Source of the DNA: Bacteroidia bacterium
GTDB lineage: Bacteria; Bacteroidota; Bacteroidia; NS11-12g; UBA9320
Length of the DNA stretch: 64,000 nucleotides
Assembly (NCBI GenBank): GCA_965216465.1
Contig: CBDCFW010000006.1
Coordinates: forward strand, 960,001 to 1,024,000
Direction: 5' to 3'
Below the pieces are notes generated by a model. The model was given only the letters and a program-made list of their open reading frames with translations, was not told the DNA's origin and ran no database searches. This document shows positions 45,528-56,288 of the stretch, piece after piece. Positions within the stretch are counted from its first letter, which is position 1; each line of letters begins with the position of its first letter. The translations under genes and the position numbers were made by a program.

Positions 45528-46625
45528 ATGCTGATAGCGGATCTAGTTAACCATCTTGAGACAATTGCACCACCAAGCTTACAGGAAAGTTATGATAACA
45601 GTGGACTAATAGTCGGTGACCCGAATACTTCTATTCAGGGAGTATTGATTGGGTTAGATTGCATTGAATCGACCATTGAAGAAGCCAAGCGAAAGAGTTG
45701 CAATGTGATTGTAGCGCATCATCCCATAGTTTTTAGCGGGTTGAAACGATTTAATGGCAGCGATTATGTCCAAAGAACAGTTCAACAGGCGATAAAAAAT
45801 GATATAGCAATTTACGCTATTCATACCAATTTAGATAATGTTTATCATAATGGAGTGAATCAGAAGATAGGCCAGATACTTTCACTCAACAACATGAGAA
45901 TTTTAGCTCCTAAGTCGGGGAATTTATTAAAGCTAGTGAGTTACGTTCCGGTAGACAAGAAGGCCGATGTTATGGATGCTTTGTTTGCAGCAGGAGCCGG
46001 GCACATTGGAAATTATTCTGAGTGTTCTTTTGCCGTTGAAGGTGAAGGAAGCTATAAAGGAAATGATTTGAGCAACCCGACAATGGGAGTAAAAGGACAA
46101 AGGCATTATGAGAAGGAAGCCAAAGTTGAGGTTATATTGAGAGACTATCAGAGATCAGCTGCGGTTAAGGCACTTATAGGTTCACATCCTTATGAGGAAG
46201 TAGCATACGAAATCTATCCGACATTAAATGGCGATAAAGAAATTGGAAGTGGACTGATTGGTGAACTTGAGAATGAACTGGATGCGAATGCATTTTTAAC
46301 TCATCTGAAGTCAAGAATGGAGTTAGATGTAATTAAGTATACACCGTTCAGCTCAAGCATAAAAAAGGTAGCCATTTGTGGAGGATCTGGCCAATTTTTA
46401 TTGAACAAAGCAAAGTCTGCAGGTGCAGATGCTTTTGTTACTTCCGACTTCAAATATCACCAGTATTTTGATGCAGAAAATGCAATAATGATATGCGACA
46501 TTGGTCATTACGAAAGTGAAAAATATACAATAGACCTTTTATATGATATTTTGACCAAAAAATTTAGTAATTTTGCCGTCCTTAAAACGGAGGGTACGAC
46601 CAACCCGGTAAAATATTTTCGATAA
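45528..46625 (+). CDS. Nif3-like dinuclear metal-centre protein
   Basis: QESYDNSGL, AHHP, HTNLD, GHYESE. Confidence 0.92.
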   Translation: MLIADLVNHLETIAPPSLQESYDNSGLIVGDPNTSIQGVLIGLDCIESTIEEAKRKSCNVIVAHHPIVFSGLKRFNGSDYVQRTVQQAIKNDIAIYAIHTNLDNVYHNGVNQKIGQILSLNNMRILAPKSGNLLKLVSYVPVDKKADVMDALFAAGAGHIGNYSECSFAVEGEGSYKGNDLSNPTMGVKGQRHYEKEAKVEVILRDYQRSAAVKALIGSHPYEEVAYEIYPTLNGDKEIGSGLIGELENELDANAFLTHLKSRMELDVIKYTPFSSSIKKVAICGGSGQFLLNKAKSAGADAFVTSDFKYHQYFDAENAIMICDIGHYESEKYTIDLLYDILTKKFSNFAVLKTEGTTNPVKYFR

Positions 46626-46627
46626 AA

Positions 46628-47416
46628 ATGGCAGTAAAAACAATCGCACAAAAATTAGAGCAGCTGTACAAGTTGCAAACTATTGATTCTAGACTAGACC
46701 AACTAAGAGCTGTTCGAGGAGAGCTTCCTATGGAGGTTGCAGATTTAGAAGATGAATTAGCTGGCTTAAATACAAGACTGTCAAACTTCAATACGGAGAT
46801 CGATCACTTTAATGAGCAAATCTTTGCAAACAAAGAGCAGATCAAAACTTCTAAGGAGCTAATTAAAAAGTACAACACACAGCTCAACAATGTAAAAAAC
46901 AACAGAGAGTTTGATGCATTGAATAAAGAAATTGAAATTCAAGAATTAACTATTCAGGCAGCTGAAAAGAAAATTGGCGAATTGCAAAAATCAATTGGTC
47001 TTAAAGATGAATTAATCAACGAAGTTCAAGGAAGACTTGATGAGCGTGAGAAAGATCTTGAAGACAAAAAGAAAGAGCTTGAAGAAATTACTGCAGAAAC
47101 TGAGAAAGAAGAAGCTCAGATTGGTGAAGAAAGAGCTAAAGCTACTAAAGGTGTTGAAGAAAAATTAATTAAAGCATATGACCGTATTAGAAATAACTTC
47201 AGAAACGGTATTGCCGTTGCTCCGATCTTAAGAGGAGCTTGCGGAGGTTGCTTTGCTAAGATTCCACCACAATTACAATCAGACATTAGACAATCTAAAA
47301 AAATTGTAATTTGCGAGGCATGCGGAAGAATCAATATTGATTCAAGAATGGCAGGCATTAAAGAAGATGTGGAAGAAGCACCAAAACCAAAAAGAAGAGC
47401 GGTTAGAAGAAAATAA
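46628..47416 (+). CDS. Coiled-coil protein with C4 zinc ribbon (CT398-like)
   Basis: LQTIDSRLD, long coiled coil, CGGC...CEACGRI. Confidence 0.9.
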   Translation: MAVKTIAQKLEQLYKLQTIDSRLDQLRAVRGELPMEVADLEDELAGLNTRLSNFNTEIDHFNEQIFANKEQIKTSKELIKKYNTQLNNVKNNREFDALNKEIEIQELTIQAAEKKIGELQKSIGLKDELINEVQGRLDEREKDLEDKKKELEEITAETEKEEAQIGEERAKATKGVEEKLIKAYDRIRNNFRNGIAVAPILRGACGGCFAKIPPQLQSDIRQSKKIVICEACGRINIDSRMAGIKEDVEEAPKPKRRAVRRK

Positions 47417-48899
47417 TTCGTCTCGCTTCTTAACAGGTTTACTTCTTATTCTGATTGCGAGTTTCTCATTCGGAGAAACCCACTTTACCTATAATCATCA
47501 GATTCTTGAAGCTCAGAGAATGAGCCAAGAGTTGCAATTATTTCCTGCAAGAGATTCGTTAAATACCTTGTTGCAAGAAGACGGGTCAAATGCCGCGATT
47601 TACTTTGTTCTTCACCAAAATTATTGGCTTGAGGCCTTTATATCTGAAGAAGATTCAGTTTATGACAACTACAAAGAGTTAAAAGCTAAAGTATTGGCTC
47701 AATTGGCTGAATTGCCTGATTCGGTGCCCTATAAAAAGTTTGCCCTATCTGAAGTGCATTTTTTTTCAGCCATGATTAAGGCCAAGTTTGGTGATATTTA
47801 CTCAGCTGCACGGGAAGTAAACAGTGCCCATAACCTGATTGAAGAGAATCATGAAAAATTTCCAAGCTTTATCCAAAACAATAAGTCAAGGGGCATTATT
47901 AAGGTGTACCTGAGTACGGTACCCGACAACTACGTTTGGGTAATTCGATTGTTAGGAATAGAAGGAAACTTAAGCGAAGGATTGGCCTTATTACACAATC
48001 TCTCAAACTACAAAGGAGAAGATGAAGAACTGAAGTTGTTGGCCAAAGAAACAGGTTATGTTTACTCATTTGCTTTATTTCATGTTGCTAAGCAATATGG
48101 GAATGCTTGGGCAGAAACACTAAAGGTTACAAAAGACTACCAAACCAATGGGATGAGCTGTTTTTTTAGAAGCAATATGGCTTTAAAGATGAATCGCAAT
48201 GAGACGGCTATCAAAGTGCTTCAGAGTAGACCCCAAGGTGAATCATATTATCCGTTTTACTTCCTTGATTATCTCTTAGGAGTTGCCAAGTTGAACAGAA
48301 TGGATGTTGACGCCATTAACTACCTGAATAAGTACGAACAGCACTTCAAAGGGAATAACTATGTAAAGAGCTGTTTGCAGAAACAGAGCTGGTACTACCT
48401 TCTAGCCGGAAATAAACAAGAGTACAAGCGTTACAAAAAAATGGTGCTGTCTTCGGGCATAAGTCTAAATGAAGATGATAAACAAGCACAGAATTTTAGC
48501 AAAAAGCCCGATCCAAATCGCAGTTTACTTAAAGCCCGATTATTGTTTGATGGGGGCTATTATAAAAAGGCGTTAGAAGCGATGAAGGATTTAAGTGCAA
48601 AGAGCTTCACTTCGCAAAATGAAAAAGCGGAATATTGTTACCGAAAGGGGAGGATATATGAGAAACTCGGTAAGCAAAAAGTTTCTCTCATGTTTTATGA
48701 AGCATGTACGTTAATAGCTAAAAACAGCAATGAATATTACGGAGCATATGCCTGTTTATATCTAGGCGATCACTACTTAAAAATTGATGATGACGAGAAT
48801 GCTAAATTGTACTACGAAAGAGCCTTGACTTACGAAAACAACAATGAGTACAAAGACTCTATTGAGCAGCGAGCAAAAGCTGGTCTTAAAAAAATCTGA
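47367..48899 (+). CDS. TPR-containing exported protein (start uncertain)
   Basis: Hydrophobic signal-like segment, helical repeats, KARLLFDGGYY. Confidence 0.75.
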   Translation: MWKKHQNQKEERLEENNSSRFLTGLLLILIASFSFGETHFTYNHQILEAQRMSQELQLFPARDSLNTLLQEDGSNAAIYFVLHQNYWLEAFISEEDSVYDNYKELKAKVLAQLAELPDSVPYKKFALSEVHFFSAMIKAKFGDIYSAAREVNSAHNLIEENHEKFPSFIQNNKSRGIIKVYLSTVPDNYVWVIRLLGIEGNLSEGLALLHNLSNYKGEDEELKLLAKETGYVYSFALFHVAKQYGNAWAETLKVTKDYQTNGMSCFFRSNMALKMNRNETAIKVLQSRPQGESYYPFYFLDYLLGVAKLNRMDVDAINYLNKYEQHFKGNNYVKSCLQKQSWYYLLAGNKQEYKRYKKMVLSSGISLNEDDKQAQNFSKKPDPNRSLLKARLLFDGGYYKKALEAMKDLSAKSFTSQNEKAEYCYRKGRIYEKLGKQKVSLMFYEACTLIAKNSNEYYGAYACLYLGDHYLKIDDDENAKLYYERALTYENNNEYKDSIEQRAKAGLKKI

Positions 48900-49133
48900 T
48901 TATTTGTTATTTGTGGCCTTAGGTTTGATCTGAGCCTGTTTTTCTTCCTTAAACTCAACAATAGCAACCTCGGTATCAAATTCTGCAGTGCAGGCTTTTA
49001 ATCCGCCAACTTCAAATGATTTGTTAGCCTTAGAAATAGAAGAAACAGGTCTTGCTTCTGAATCCTTTTTAGTGGTCTCAGCCAAAACAAATGTTCCGAT
49101 ACAGATTAGAATTAATGTATAAAAGATCTTCAT
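48900..49133 (-). CDS. Small exported hypothetical protein
   Basis: 77 aa ORF with signal-peptide-like N-terminus. Confidence 0.5.
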   Translation of the reverse strand: MKIFYTLILICIGTFVLAETTKKDSEARPVSSISKANKSFEVGGLKACTAEFDTEVAIVEFKEEKQAQIKPKATNNK

Positions 49134-49339
49134 CTCGTAAGTAATAAGTTCATTTTAGAATGTCAATTCACATGCCACGCTCCAAGGTAGTTCGTAAACA
49201 TCAACAAATCAGAGAGTTAATTGCAATCATTCGAAATGTATAGGTTCTTGCTTTTATCCCAAAATGGGAATATCAATCTAAATTTTATGGCTGAATTTGA
49301 ATGAAATCAGGCTATTTTTGCCGCCCAAATAGAATAATC

Positions 49340-50869
49340 ATGAGTAATAGACCAGTTAGAGTGAGATTTGCACCGAGTCCTACAGGGCCATTGCACATTG
49401 GTGGTGTAAGAACGGCTTTATACAACTACCTTTTCGCTAAGAAACATGGAGGTAAATTCTTGTTGAGAATTGAGGATACTGATCAAAAAAGATTTGTTGA
49501 AGGAGCAGAGGATTACATCATTGAGAGTTTAGAGTGGCTAGGTCTCGATTATGATGAAGGAGTAAAGAAAGAGGGGCCTTTTGGTCCATATAAGCAAAGT
49601 GAGAGAATGCATCTGTATGCAGACTATGCACACCAATTGGTTAAAGATGGTTTTGCATATTACGCTTTTGATACCGCTGAAGAACTGGATGAAATGCGTA
49701 AGAAACTTGAAGCAAACAATATGTCTTCAAAGTACGATTCAACTTCAAGAATGAGCATGAAGAATTCATTAACGCTTAGTGATGACGAGGTTAAACAGCG
49801 CATGGATGCCGGTGAACCATTCGTTATTAGAATTAAAATACCGCGTAATGAAGAGATTCGATTTCACGATGTTATACGCGGATGGATTGTTTTCAACTCG
49901 AGCCAGTTAGATGATAAAGTACTGCTTAAAACTGATGGTTTACCGACGTATCACCTAGCCAATATTGTAGATGATCATTTGATGGAAATTAGCCATGTAA
50001 TCCGAGGTGAAGAATGGTTGCCATCTGCACCGTTGCATGTAATGCTTTATAAATACCTGGGGTGGGAAGATACCATGCCTGAGTTTGCACATTTGCCATT
50101 ACTTCTAAAGCCAGATGGTAAAGGAAAGCTAAGCAAGCGAGATGGAGACCGATTAGGCTTTCCAGTATTTCCACTTGAATGGAATGATCCAAAGTCTGGA
50201 GAAGTTTCAAGCGGTTATCGTGAAGGTGGATACTTGCCAGATGCAGTAGTTAATATGTTAGCTTTATTAGGATGGCATCCGTCTGACAATACCGAAATGT
50301 TTAGTATCGAAGAGCTTATTGAGGCATTTAGCTTGGAGCGTGTATCTAAAAGTGGAGCTAAGTTCGATCAGGATAAGGCCAAATGGTTCAACCATCAGTA
50401 CTTGATGAAGGCCTCTAATGAATCAGTTTTGGAAATGATTTCTGGTGATTTTGAAGATAAACATAAAGCAAAATCAGACGATTATATTCTTCAGGTAATT
50501 GACCTATTGAAGGAGAAAGTGAGCTTTGCTTCTGACCTACTACCGGCAGCTGATTACTTCTTTAACGCACCTGCTTCATACGACGAAAAAGTTCAGCGTA
50601 AAAAGTGGAATGCGGATGTAAGTAATGACATTTCAGGATATATCGCTGAATTAGTTTCTAACAATATGCACGAAGCTCAAGCTATGGAAGATCACTTACA
50701 GGCTTATGCAGATGCTAAAGAGATAAACAAAGGAAGATTAATGCAACCGTTAAGATGGGTTGTTAGTGGCCAGGCTGGTGGTCCTCCAATTTTTGATATG
50801 TTGGCGTTAATCGGGCTTGATGAAATTGAGAGCAGATTGAAAATTGCTCAAGAGAAGTTTCCTGTATAG
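49340..50869 (+). CDS. gltX: Glutamate--tRNA ligase
   Basis: RFAPSPTG.LHIGG, LRIEDTD, KLSKR. Confidence 0.97.
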   Translation: MSNRPVRVRFAPSPTGPLHIGGVRTALYNYLFAKKHGGKFLLRIEDTDQKRFVEGAEDYIIESLEWLGLDYDEGVKKEGPFGPYKQSERMHLYADYAHQLVKDGFAYYAFDTAEELDEMRKKLEANNMSSKYDSTSRMSMKNSLTLSDDEVKQRMDAGEPFVIRIKIPRNEEIRFHDVIRGWIVFNSSQLDDKVLLKTDGLPTYHLANIVDDHLMEISHVIRGEEWLPSAPLHVMLYKYLGWEDTMPEFAHLPLLLKPDGKGKLSKRDGDRLGFPVFPLEWNDPKSGEVSSGYREGGYLPDAVVNMLALLGWHPSDNTEMFSIEELIEAFSLERVSKSGAKFDQDKAKWFNHQYLMKASNESVLEMISGDFEDKHKAKSDDYILQVIDLLKEKVSFASDLLPAADYFFNAPASYDEKVQRKKWNADVSNDISGYIAELVSNNMHEAQAMEDHLQAYADAKEINKGRLMQPLRWVVSGQAGGPPIFDMLALIGLDEIESRLKIAQEKFPV

Positions 50870-50872
50870 GAG

Positions 50873-51613
50873 CTAAACGAGACCGAGGTGCTCGCATGTT
50901 TTTTCACTGGCTATTTGTTCAGCGACTTTTTTAGATTTTCCTCGACCTGTGGCGATTTCTTCACCGTCGATATACACGCCAATCGTGTACATTTTTTGCT
51001 TGTTATTGCCGTTTTCTTCAAGCACCTTAAACTCGAGTTGTTTCTTTTCTTTTTGGGAGTATTGGTTGAGTAAACTCTTAAAGTTTTCGGTTACATCTTT
51101 AAGGTGTTCAAAATCAAGGTGAGGGATTACAATTTTGGTTTTAATAAATTTACGGGTGAACCGATAGCCTTTATCTAAGTAAATTGAGCCAATTAGCGCT
51201 TCTAAAGCGTTTCCAGATATTCCACGAAGAGCGGCTTTATTTTTACGCAATGAGCTATCAAAAACTAAATGTTCATGGATTCCCATGTCGTATGCAATTT
51301 GCGAAAGCTTTTTACGACTTACCGCTTTTGACCGCATTTCCGTCAGGAATCCTTCTCCTTGAAAAGGAAATTTTTTGAATAGTAACTCAGCAATGATTAA
51401 GTCAAGTACTGCGTCACCAAGATACTCAAGACGTTCATTATTGTGCTTCGCTTTAAAGCCCTTAATGCGCTGCGATGTAGAATTATGAAGGAAAGCTTGT
51501 TTATAGAGCTTTATATTGTTTGGACAGTATCCAAGTAACCGATATAAATTTCGATAAAGTTCTTTGTTACGGGAAAAGGAGCAATAGTAAAGTTTTGTGA
51601 TTCGCTTGATCAC
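50873..51613 (-). CDS. rnc: Ribonuclease III
   Basis: NERLEYLGDAVL signature, C-terminal dsRBD. Confidence 0.96.
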   Translation of the reverse strand: MIKRITKLYYCSFSRNKELYRNLYRLLGYCPNNIKLYKQAFLHNSTSQRIKGFKAKHNNERLEYLGDAVLDLIIAELLFKKFPFQGEGFLTEMRSKAVSRKKLSQIAYDMGIHEHLVFDSSLRKNKAALRGISGNALEALIGSIYLDKGYRFTRKFIKTKIVIPHLDFEHLKDVTENFKSLLNQYSQKEKKQLEFKVLEENGNNKQKMYTIGVYIDGEEIATGRGKSKKVAEQIASEKTCEHLGLV

Positions 51614-51616
51614 AAC

Positions 51617-52867
51617 CTATTTACACTTACCCATGATTACAGACACGTTATGACCGCCAAAACCAAAGGTATTGCTTAAAGCATAGTTAATATCCCGTTT
51701 TTGTGCTTTGTTAAATGTGAAGTTCAATTTTGGGTCGAATCCTTCATCATCTGTAAAGTGATTAATTGTTGGAGGAATTACCCCTCTGTTGAGAGCCATT
51801 AGACAAGCTAAAGCTTCAACTGCACCGGCAGCTCCTAGAAGGTGACCGGTCATTGATTTTGTGGAGCTAATATTGATGTCATATGCATGCTCTCCAAATA
51901 CTTCTTTGATAGCGATACTTTCGCTAACATCCCCAAGTGGGGTTGAAGTTCCATGAACATTTACATAATCAATATCTTCTGGAGAAAGTTGAGCGTCTTT
52001 AAGAGCAAGTTTCATTACATTTTTTGCTCCTAATCCTTCTGGATGTGGTGCTGTAATGTGGTGAGCATCGGCTGTTAAACCTCCACCGAAGATTTCACCA
52101 TAAATTTTTGCTCCTCTAGCCTTAGCGGTTTCATATTCTTCAAGAACAAGAGCTGCAGCTCCTTCACCAAGTACGAATCCATCTCTATCTTTATCGAATG
52201 GTCTTGATGCGGTTTGCGGATCGTCGTTTCTTTCAGATAGGGCCTTCATGCTGTTAAAACCACCAACAGCAGATGTTGTAACGCAGGCTTCAGAACCTCC
52301 TGTTACTACGGCCTTCGCCATTCCTAATCGGATATAGTTGAATGCATCAACGATGGCGTTATTGGAAGATGCACAGGCAGACACTGTTCCGAAGTTAGGA
52401 CCTCTAAATCCGTATTTGATAGAGATATAACCTGGAGCGATGTCACCGATCATCTTCGGTATAAAGAATGGATTAAACCTTGGGGTTCCGTCCCCCAAGG
52501 AATAATCTTTCATTTCTTTTTCTAGCGTGAATAGTCCCCCAATACCAGAACCCCAAATTACACCTACGTCTTCAGGTTGAAGACCAGCTTCTGTAATTCC
52601 AGAATCAAGTACTGCCTCATCGGCAACTACCATTGCATACTGAGTAAAAGGATCCATTTTACGGGCTTCCTTTCGATCTAGAAAATCTTTTACGTCAAAA
52701 CCTTTTACTTCACAAGCAAATCGGGTTTTGTGCTTTTCAGCATCAAAATGAGTAATAGGAGCAGCTCCGCTAACTCCATTTTCTAGGGCGTCCCAATACT
52801 CCTTGGCAGTATTGCCAATCGGAGTAAGAGCTCCAATACCAGTTACAACTACACGCTTTAATTGCAT
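51617..52867 (-). CDS. fabF: 3-oxoacyl-ACP synthase II
   Basis: RVVVTG.G, SACAS, HGTST..GD, KSMTGHLLGAAG, SNTFGFGGHN. Confidence 0.97.
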   Translation of the reverse strand: MQLKRVVVTGIGALTPIGNTAKEYWDALENGVSGAAPITHFDAEKHKTRFACEVKGFDVKDFLDRKEARKMDPFTQYAMVVADEAVLDSGITEAGLQPEDVGVIWGSGIGGLFTLEKEMKDYSLGDGTPRFNPFFIPKMIGDIAPGYISIKYGFRGPNFGTVSACASSNNAIVDAFNYIRLGMAKAVVTGGSEACVTTSAVGGFNSMKALSERNDDPQTASRPFDKDRDGFVLGEGAAALVLEEYETAKARGAKIYGEIFGGGLTADAHHITAPHPEGLGAKNVMKLALKDAQLSPEDIDYVNVHGTSTPLGDVSESIAIKEVFGEHAYDINISSTKSMTGHLLGAAGAVEALACLMALNRGVIPPTINHFTDDEGFDPKLNFTFNKAQKRDINYALSNTFGFGGHNVSVIMGKCK

Positions 52868-52876
52868 GGCTGTTAA

Positions 52877-53113
52877 TTATCCTACGTTACCAGTGATATA
52901 ATCAACTGCATCTCCTACAGTAGCAATTTTCTCAGCTTGCTCATCAGGAATTGCAATGTTAAATTCTTTTTCAAATTCCATGATTAGTTCTACTGTATCT
53001 AAAGAGTCAGCACCTAAATCATTTGTAAAGCTTGCATCAATTGTTACCTCAGATTCTTCTACACCAAGTTTGTCTACGATGATTGATGTTACTTTTTCAG
53101 CTATTTCAGACAT
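52877..53113 (-). CDS. acpP: Acyl carrier protein
   Basis: [12 protein letters not shown]. Confidence 0.98.
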   Translation of the reverse strand: MSEIAEKVTSIIVDKLGVEESEVTIDASFTNDLGADSLDTVELIMEFEKEFNIAIPDEQAEKIATVGDAVDYITGNVG

Positions 53114-53200
53114 ATTTAAATAATTTTTGTTAAGTGGTGCAAAGAACTATTTTTTAGTCAAAAAAGACAAAATTAATTTGCATTAAACTTATTCAATTAC

Positions 53201-53611
53201 ATGCAGTCTTTGTTCACTATAGAGGAATTAGCCTTAGAGGTACCCCCAATATTTGGGATATCGAGTGCACTAAAGGAAACAAAATTGGCCTACTTTCTTT
53301 TGTCGAACCCTGATTTGAGCGTTAAGCGAGTTGATGACGTTCAGAACTATGACAAAACAAGCTACCATGCAATTTATAGAATGACCTTCCTAGATGATGA
53401 TTATACATGTTTTTTAATCAAGAATAGAGGAAGCGATGGATACTTTTATAAGTCGTATAAAAACATCGATTATTTGTTATGTTCGGCCAGTGAAGAAGAA
53501 ATTAACAATGAAATAATTGAAATAGTGAGTGAACTTCGCGGTGTAAGTATTTGTTTTGCACTCAAAGAACCAAATCAAAACGAGATTCTAAATTTCAGTC
53601 AGCTTTTATGA
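53201..53611 (+). CDS. Conserved Bacteroidota protein (IPExxxVDY-like family)
   Basis: FGISS.LKE.KLAYFL and LIKN...IDYLL pattern; position between acpP and pyk. Confidence 0.55.
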   Translation: MQSLFTIEELALEVPPIFGISSALKETKLAYFLLSNPDLSVKRVDDVQNYDKTSYHAIYRMTFLDDDYTCFLIKNRGSDGYFYKSYKNIDYLLCSASEEEINNEIIEIVSELRGVSICFALKEPNQNEILNFSQLL

Positions 53612-55047
53612 AGAAGCACAATATTAATTACAGTAAAACGAAAATAGTAGCGACCATTGGGCCTGCAACTTCTAGCGTATCTAACCTTAAAGAATTAATT
53701 AAGGCAGGTGTGGATGTGTGCCGTATCAATTTTTCGCATGGAGACCTCGAAACTCATAAGCAGGTTGTTGAGAATATACGAGAAGCAAATAAAGCACTTG
53801 GTACAACGGTTGCCATTCTAGGCGACTTGCAAGGTCCAAAGCTTCGAATAGGAGAGGTAGAAAACAACTTAATGGTTCTTGAAGAAGGAAGTACAGTAAC
53901 ATTAACCACTCAAGCTACTATTAGTAAAGATGGTCTAATCTATGTAAAATATACGACCCTCGCTCGCGATGTAAAACTAGGGGAAAGGGTACTACTCGAT
54001 GATGGAAAACTTGAATTGGAGTTTACTAAACGAGTAGATAAGCATACGGTCGAAGCTAAGGTGATAAATGGTGGTAATTTGAGTTCGAATAAAGGATTTA
54101 ATCTTCCTTCGACAGCATTATCGATTGATAGTATTACCCCAAAAGATAAGAAAGACTTGATGTTTGCTATCGAGAATGAATTCGATTGGGTTGCTTTATC
54201 TTTTGTTAGAGATAAGAAAGATATTGACCAACTAAGAAGCATCCTAAATAAACATGAGAGCGATGCTCATATCGTGGCAAAAATTGAAAAACCGCAAGCA
54301 GTGCATAACATCGATTCTATAATTGAGGCAACAGATGCAATTATGGTTGCTCGCGGTGACTTAGGAGTTGAAATGCCAATGGAGCAAGTTCCGATGATTC
54401 AGAAGAAGATTGTAAACAAATGCATTGACGCGGCAACTCCCGTAATTATAGCCACCCAAATGATGGAAAGCATGATTACTTCGCCAACTCCAACACGAGC
54501 TGAGGCAAACGATGTTGCCAACGCTGTAATGGACGGAGCTGATGCTGTAATGCTAAGTGCTGAAACATCGATAGGGCAGTATCCCATAAAAACAGTTGAA
54601 GCAGTGCATAGAATCGTTGGAAGTACAGAATTGGGCTGGGATGTGTACTATCGTATCCAACAACCAAACGAAGATTCTCCGACCTTTTACTCAGACGAGA
54701 TTTGCTTTGCGACTGTAACCATGAGTAGAGCCATTAAAGCAAAGGCTATACTTTCAATGACGCAAACGGGATACACGGCGTATCAAATAGCGAGCGGACG
54801 ACCAAATTGCGATGTGTTTATTTTTACTTCAAATCGCAAGCTGCTATCTAGATTAAGCTTAGTTTGGAATGTTAGAGCGTATTACTACAATCGTAAAACG
54901 AACACAGATGATACGGTTAAAGATGTAATCGCTATTTTGAAAAACGAAAAACTTTTAGAGAAGGGAGATGTTGTAGTAAATACTGCGGCCATGCCTGTTA
55001 ACGAGAACAGGAAGACCAATACGATGAAAATTAGTAGAGTACGCTAA
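53608..55047 (+). CDS. pyk: Pyruvate kinase
   Basis: TKIVATIGPA, RINFSHG, DLQGPK.R, MVARGDLGVE, PTRAE. Confidence 0.97.
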   Translation: MKKHNINYSKTKIVATIGPATSSVSNLKELIKAGVDVCRINFSHGDLETHKQVVENIREANKALGTTVAILGDLQGPKLRIGEVENNLMVLEEGSTVTLTTQATISKDGLIYVKYTTLARDVKLGERVLLDDGKLELEFTKRVDKHTVEAKVINGGNLSSNKGFNLPSTALSIDSITPKDKKDLMFAIENEFDWVALSFVRDKKDIDQLRSILNKHESDAHIVAKIEKPQAVHNIDSIIEATDAIMVARGDLGVEMPMEQVPMIQKKIVNKCIDAATPVIIATQMMESMITSPTPTRAEANDVANAVMDGADAVMLSAETSIGQYPIKTVEAVHRIVGSTELGWDVYYRIQQPNEDSPTFYSDEICFATVTMSRAIKAKAILSMTQTGYTAYQIASGRPNCDVFIFTSNRKLLSRLSLVWNVRAYYYNRKTNTDDTVKDVIAILKNEKLLEKGDVVVNTAAMPVNENRKTNTMKISRVR

Positions 55048-55559
55048 TGGCAAACCCAAACGAAATAGTAAACAGAGTTGAACAAAGTGGAATCATCACT
55101 TTAGATTTGGAACAGTTGATTCCAGATCAAAAGATTATGCATCTTGATATAAAGGATCAGCTTTTTCAAGGCCTTCTGCTTCGGGAAAAAGACTTTAGAG
55201 CTTGGGTGAAGTCGCACGATTGGGCTCAATACGAGGCGGCGTATGTTGCTGTTTTTTGTTCATCAGATGCTATTGTGCCAACTTGGGCTTATATGTTAGT
55301 TGCAACGGCATTAACTAATTACACTGATCAAGTCTATTACACACATCCTGAGCATTTACTCGGATTAATTGCAGAACGTCAGTTATCTGGTATAAATCCA
55401 GAAGATTATACCGATAAGCGTGTGGTAATAAAAGGTTGTGGCGACCGAGAGGTAGACAATCAAGGATATGTAAAATTGACATCAATGCTGGTTCCTTTTG
55501 CTAAATCTGTAATGTTTGGTGAACCCTGTAGCACCGTACCGGTTTACAAAAAGAGATAA
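55047..55559 (+). CDS. DUF2480-family protein
   Basis: EIVNRV..S.IITLDL, LREKDFR, DAIVPTWAYML, FGEPCSTVPVYK. Confidence 0.85.
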   Translation: MANPNEIVNRVEQSGIITLDLEQLIPDQKIMHLDIKDQLFQGLLLREKDFRAWVKSHDWAQYEAAYVAVFCSSDAIVPTWAYMLVATALTNYTDQVYYTHPEHLLGLIAERQLSGINPEDYTDKRVVIKGCGDREVDNQGYVKLTSMLVPFAKSVMFGEPCSTVPVYKKR

Positions 55560-55587
55560 AAAAAATCCCACCATCGGCGGGATTTTT
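55558..55587. terminator. Bidirectional intrinsic terminator
   Basis: A-tract, atcccacc-atc-ggcgggat hairpin, T-tract between convergent genes. Confidence 0.75.
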
Positions 55588-55609
55588 AAGTTATAGTTAG
55601 TTTGTAGGT

Positions 55610-56188
55610 TTATTCACCAATTACTTCCAAAGCATCAAAGTCCATATTTCTTTCACCATCGATGTATTGCGTTACGAATGCATCATCAATCCCTAACGTC
55701 TTAATGTCGTTGCTGAATTGAACAGCATCCATTAGATTTTCAAAATATCCAATTACGTATCTTTTTGCACCATCAACTTCTTCAGCCTTTACAACTTTTA
55801 GCTTTTCATTAAAAGAAACAAGGTCTAAGTATTGATAGTATCCCATTTGAACTTGATAGATTGTGCCGTTAGGTACTTTAGCAGAAGGCATCGTCTCTAA
55901 AAGGTTGTTGTAACGGGCATTTAACTCATCAATTTTAGCAAGTAACTCGTTATTTGTTGCTTTGGCATCTTTCAATTCAGCTTTTAAGCGTTCAATCTCT
56001 GCTTCAAGATCATTGACTTCTGTTTTATGTCGGTCTAACATTTTTACCCATTTCTCTGGGTTTTTCTTATAGGTCTTTATTTCCTTTTTTAAGGCTTTAC
56101 GCTCTTGCTTTGAAAGAGTTTGTGCATCTACGAAGTTGAAATTTGCAGTGAATACCAAGGCTAAAATTGCCACAATTAATTTTCTCAT
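55610..56188 (-). CDS. Exported coiled-coil protein with SPOR-like C-terminus
   Basis: Signal peptide, heptad region, YQVQMG...Y.IG.F....A......K.LGI.DAFV. Confidence 0.65.
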   Translation of the reverse strand: MRKLIVAILALVFTANFNFVDAQTLSKQERKALKKEIKTYKKNPEKWVKMLDRHKTEVNDLEAEIERLKAELKDAKATNNELLAKIDELNARYNNLLETMPSAKVPNGTIYQVQMGYYQYLDLVSFNEKLKVVKAEEVDGAKRYVIGYFENLMDAVQFSNDIKTLGIDDAFVTQYIDGERNMDFDALEVIGE

Positions 56189-56288
56189 CTCTGATTGTAT
56201 CTATTTTGGCAACAAATCTAGAATTAAGCAAGCTTACTTTGAGGTTGACAATTGTTAATAACTAACTTTGCATACTTTTTTATATACA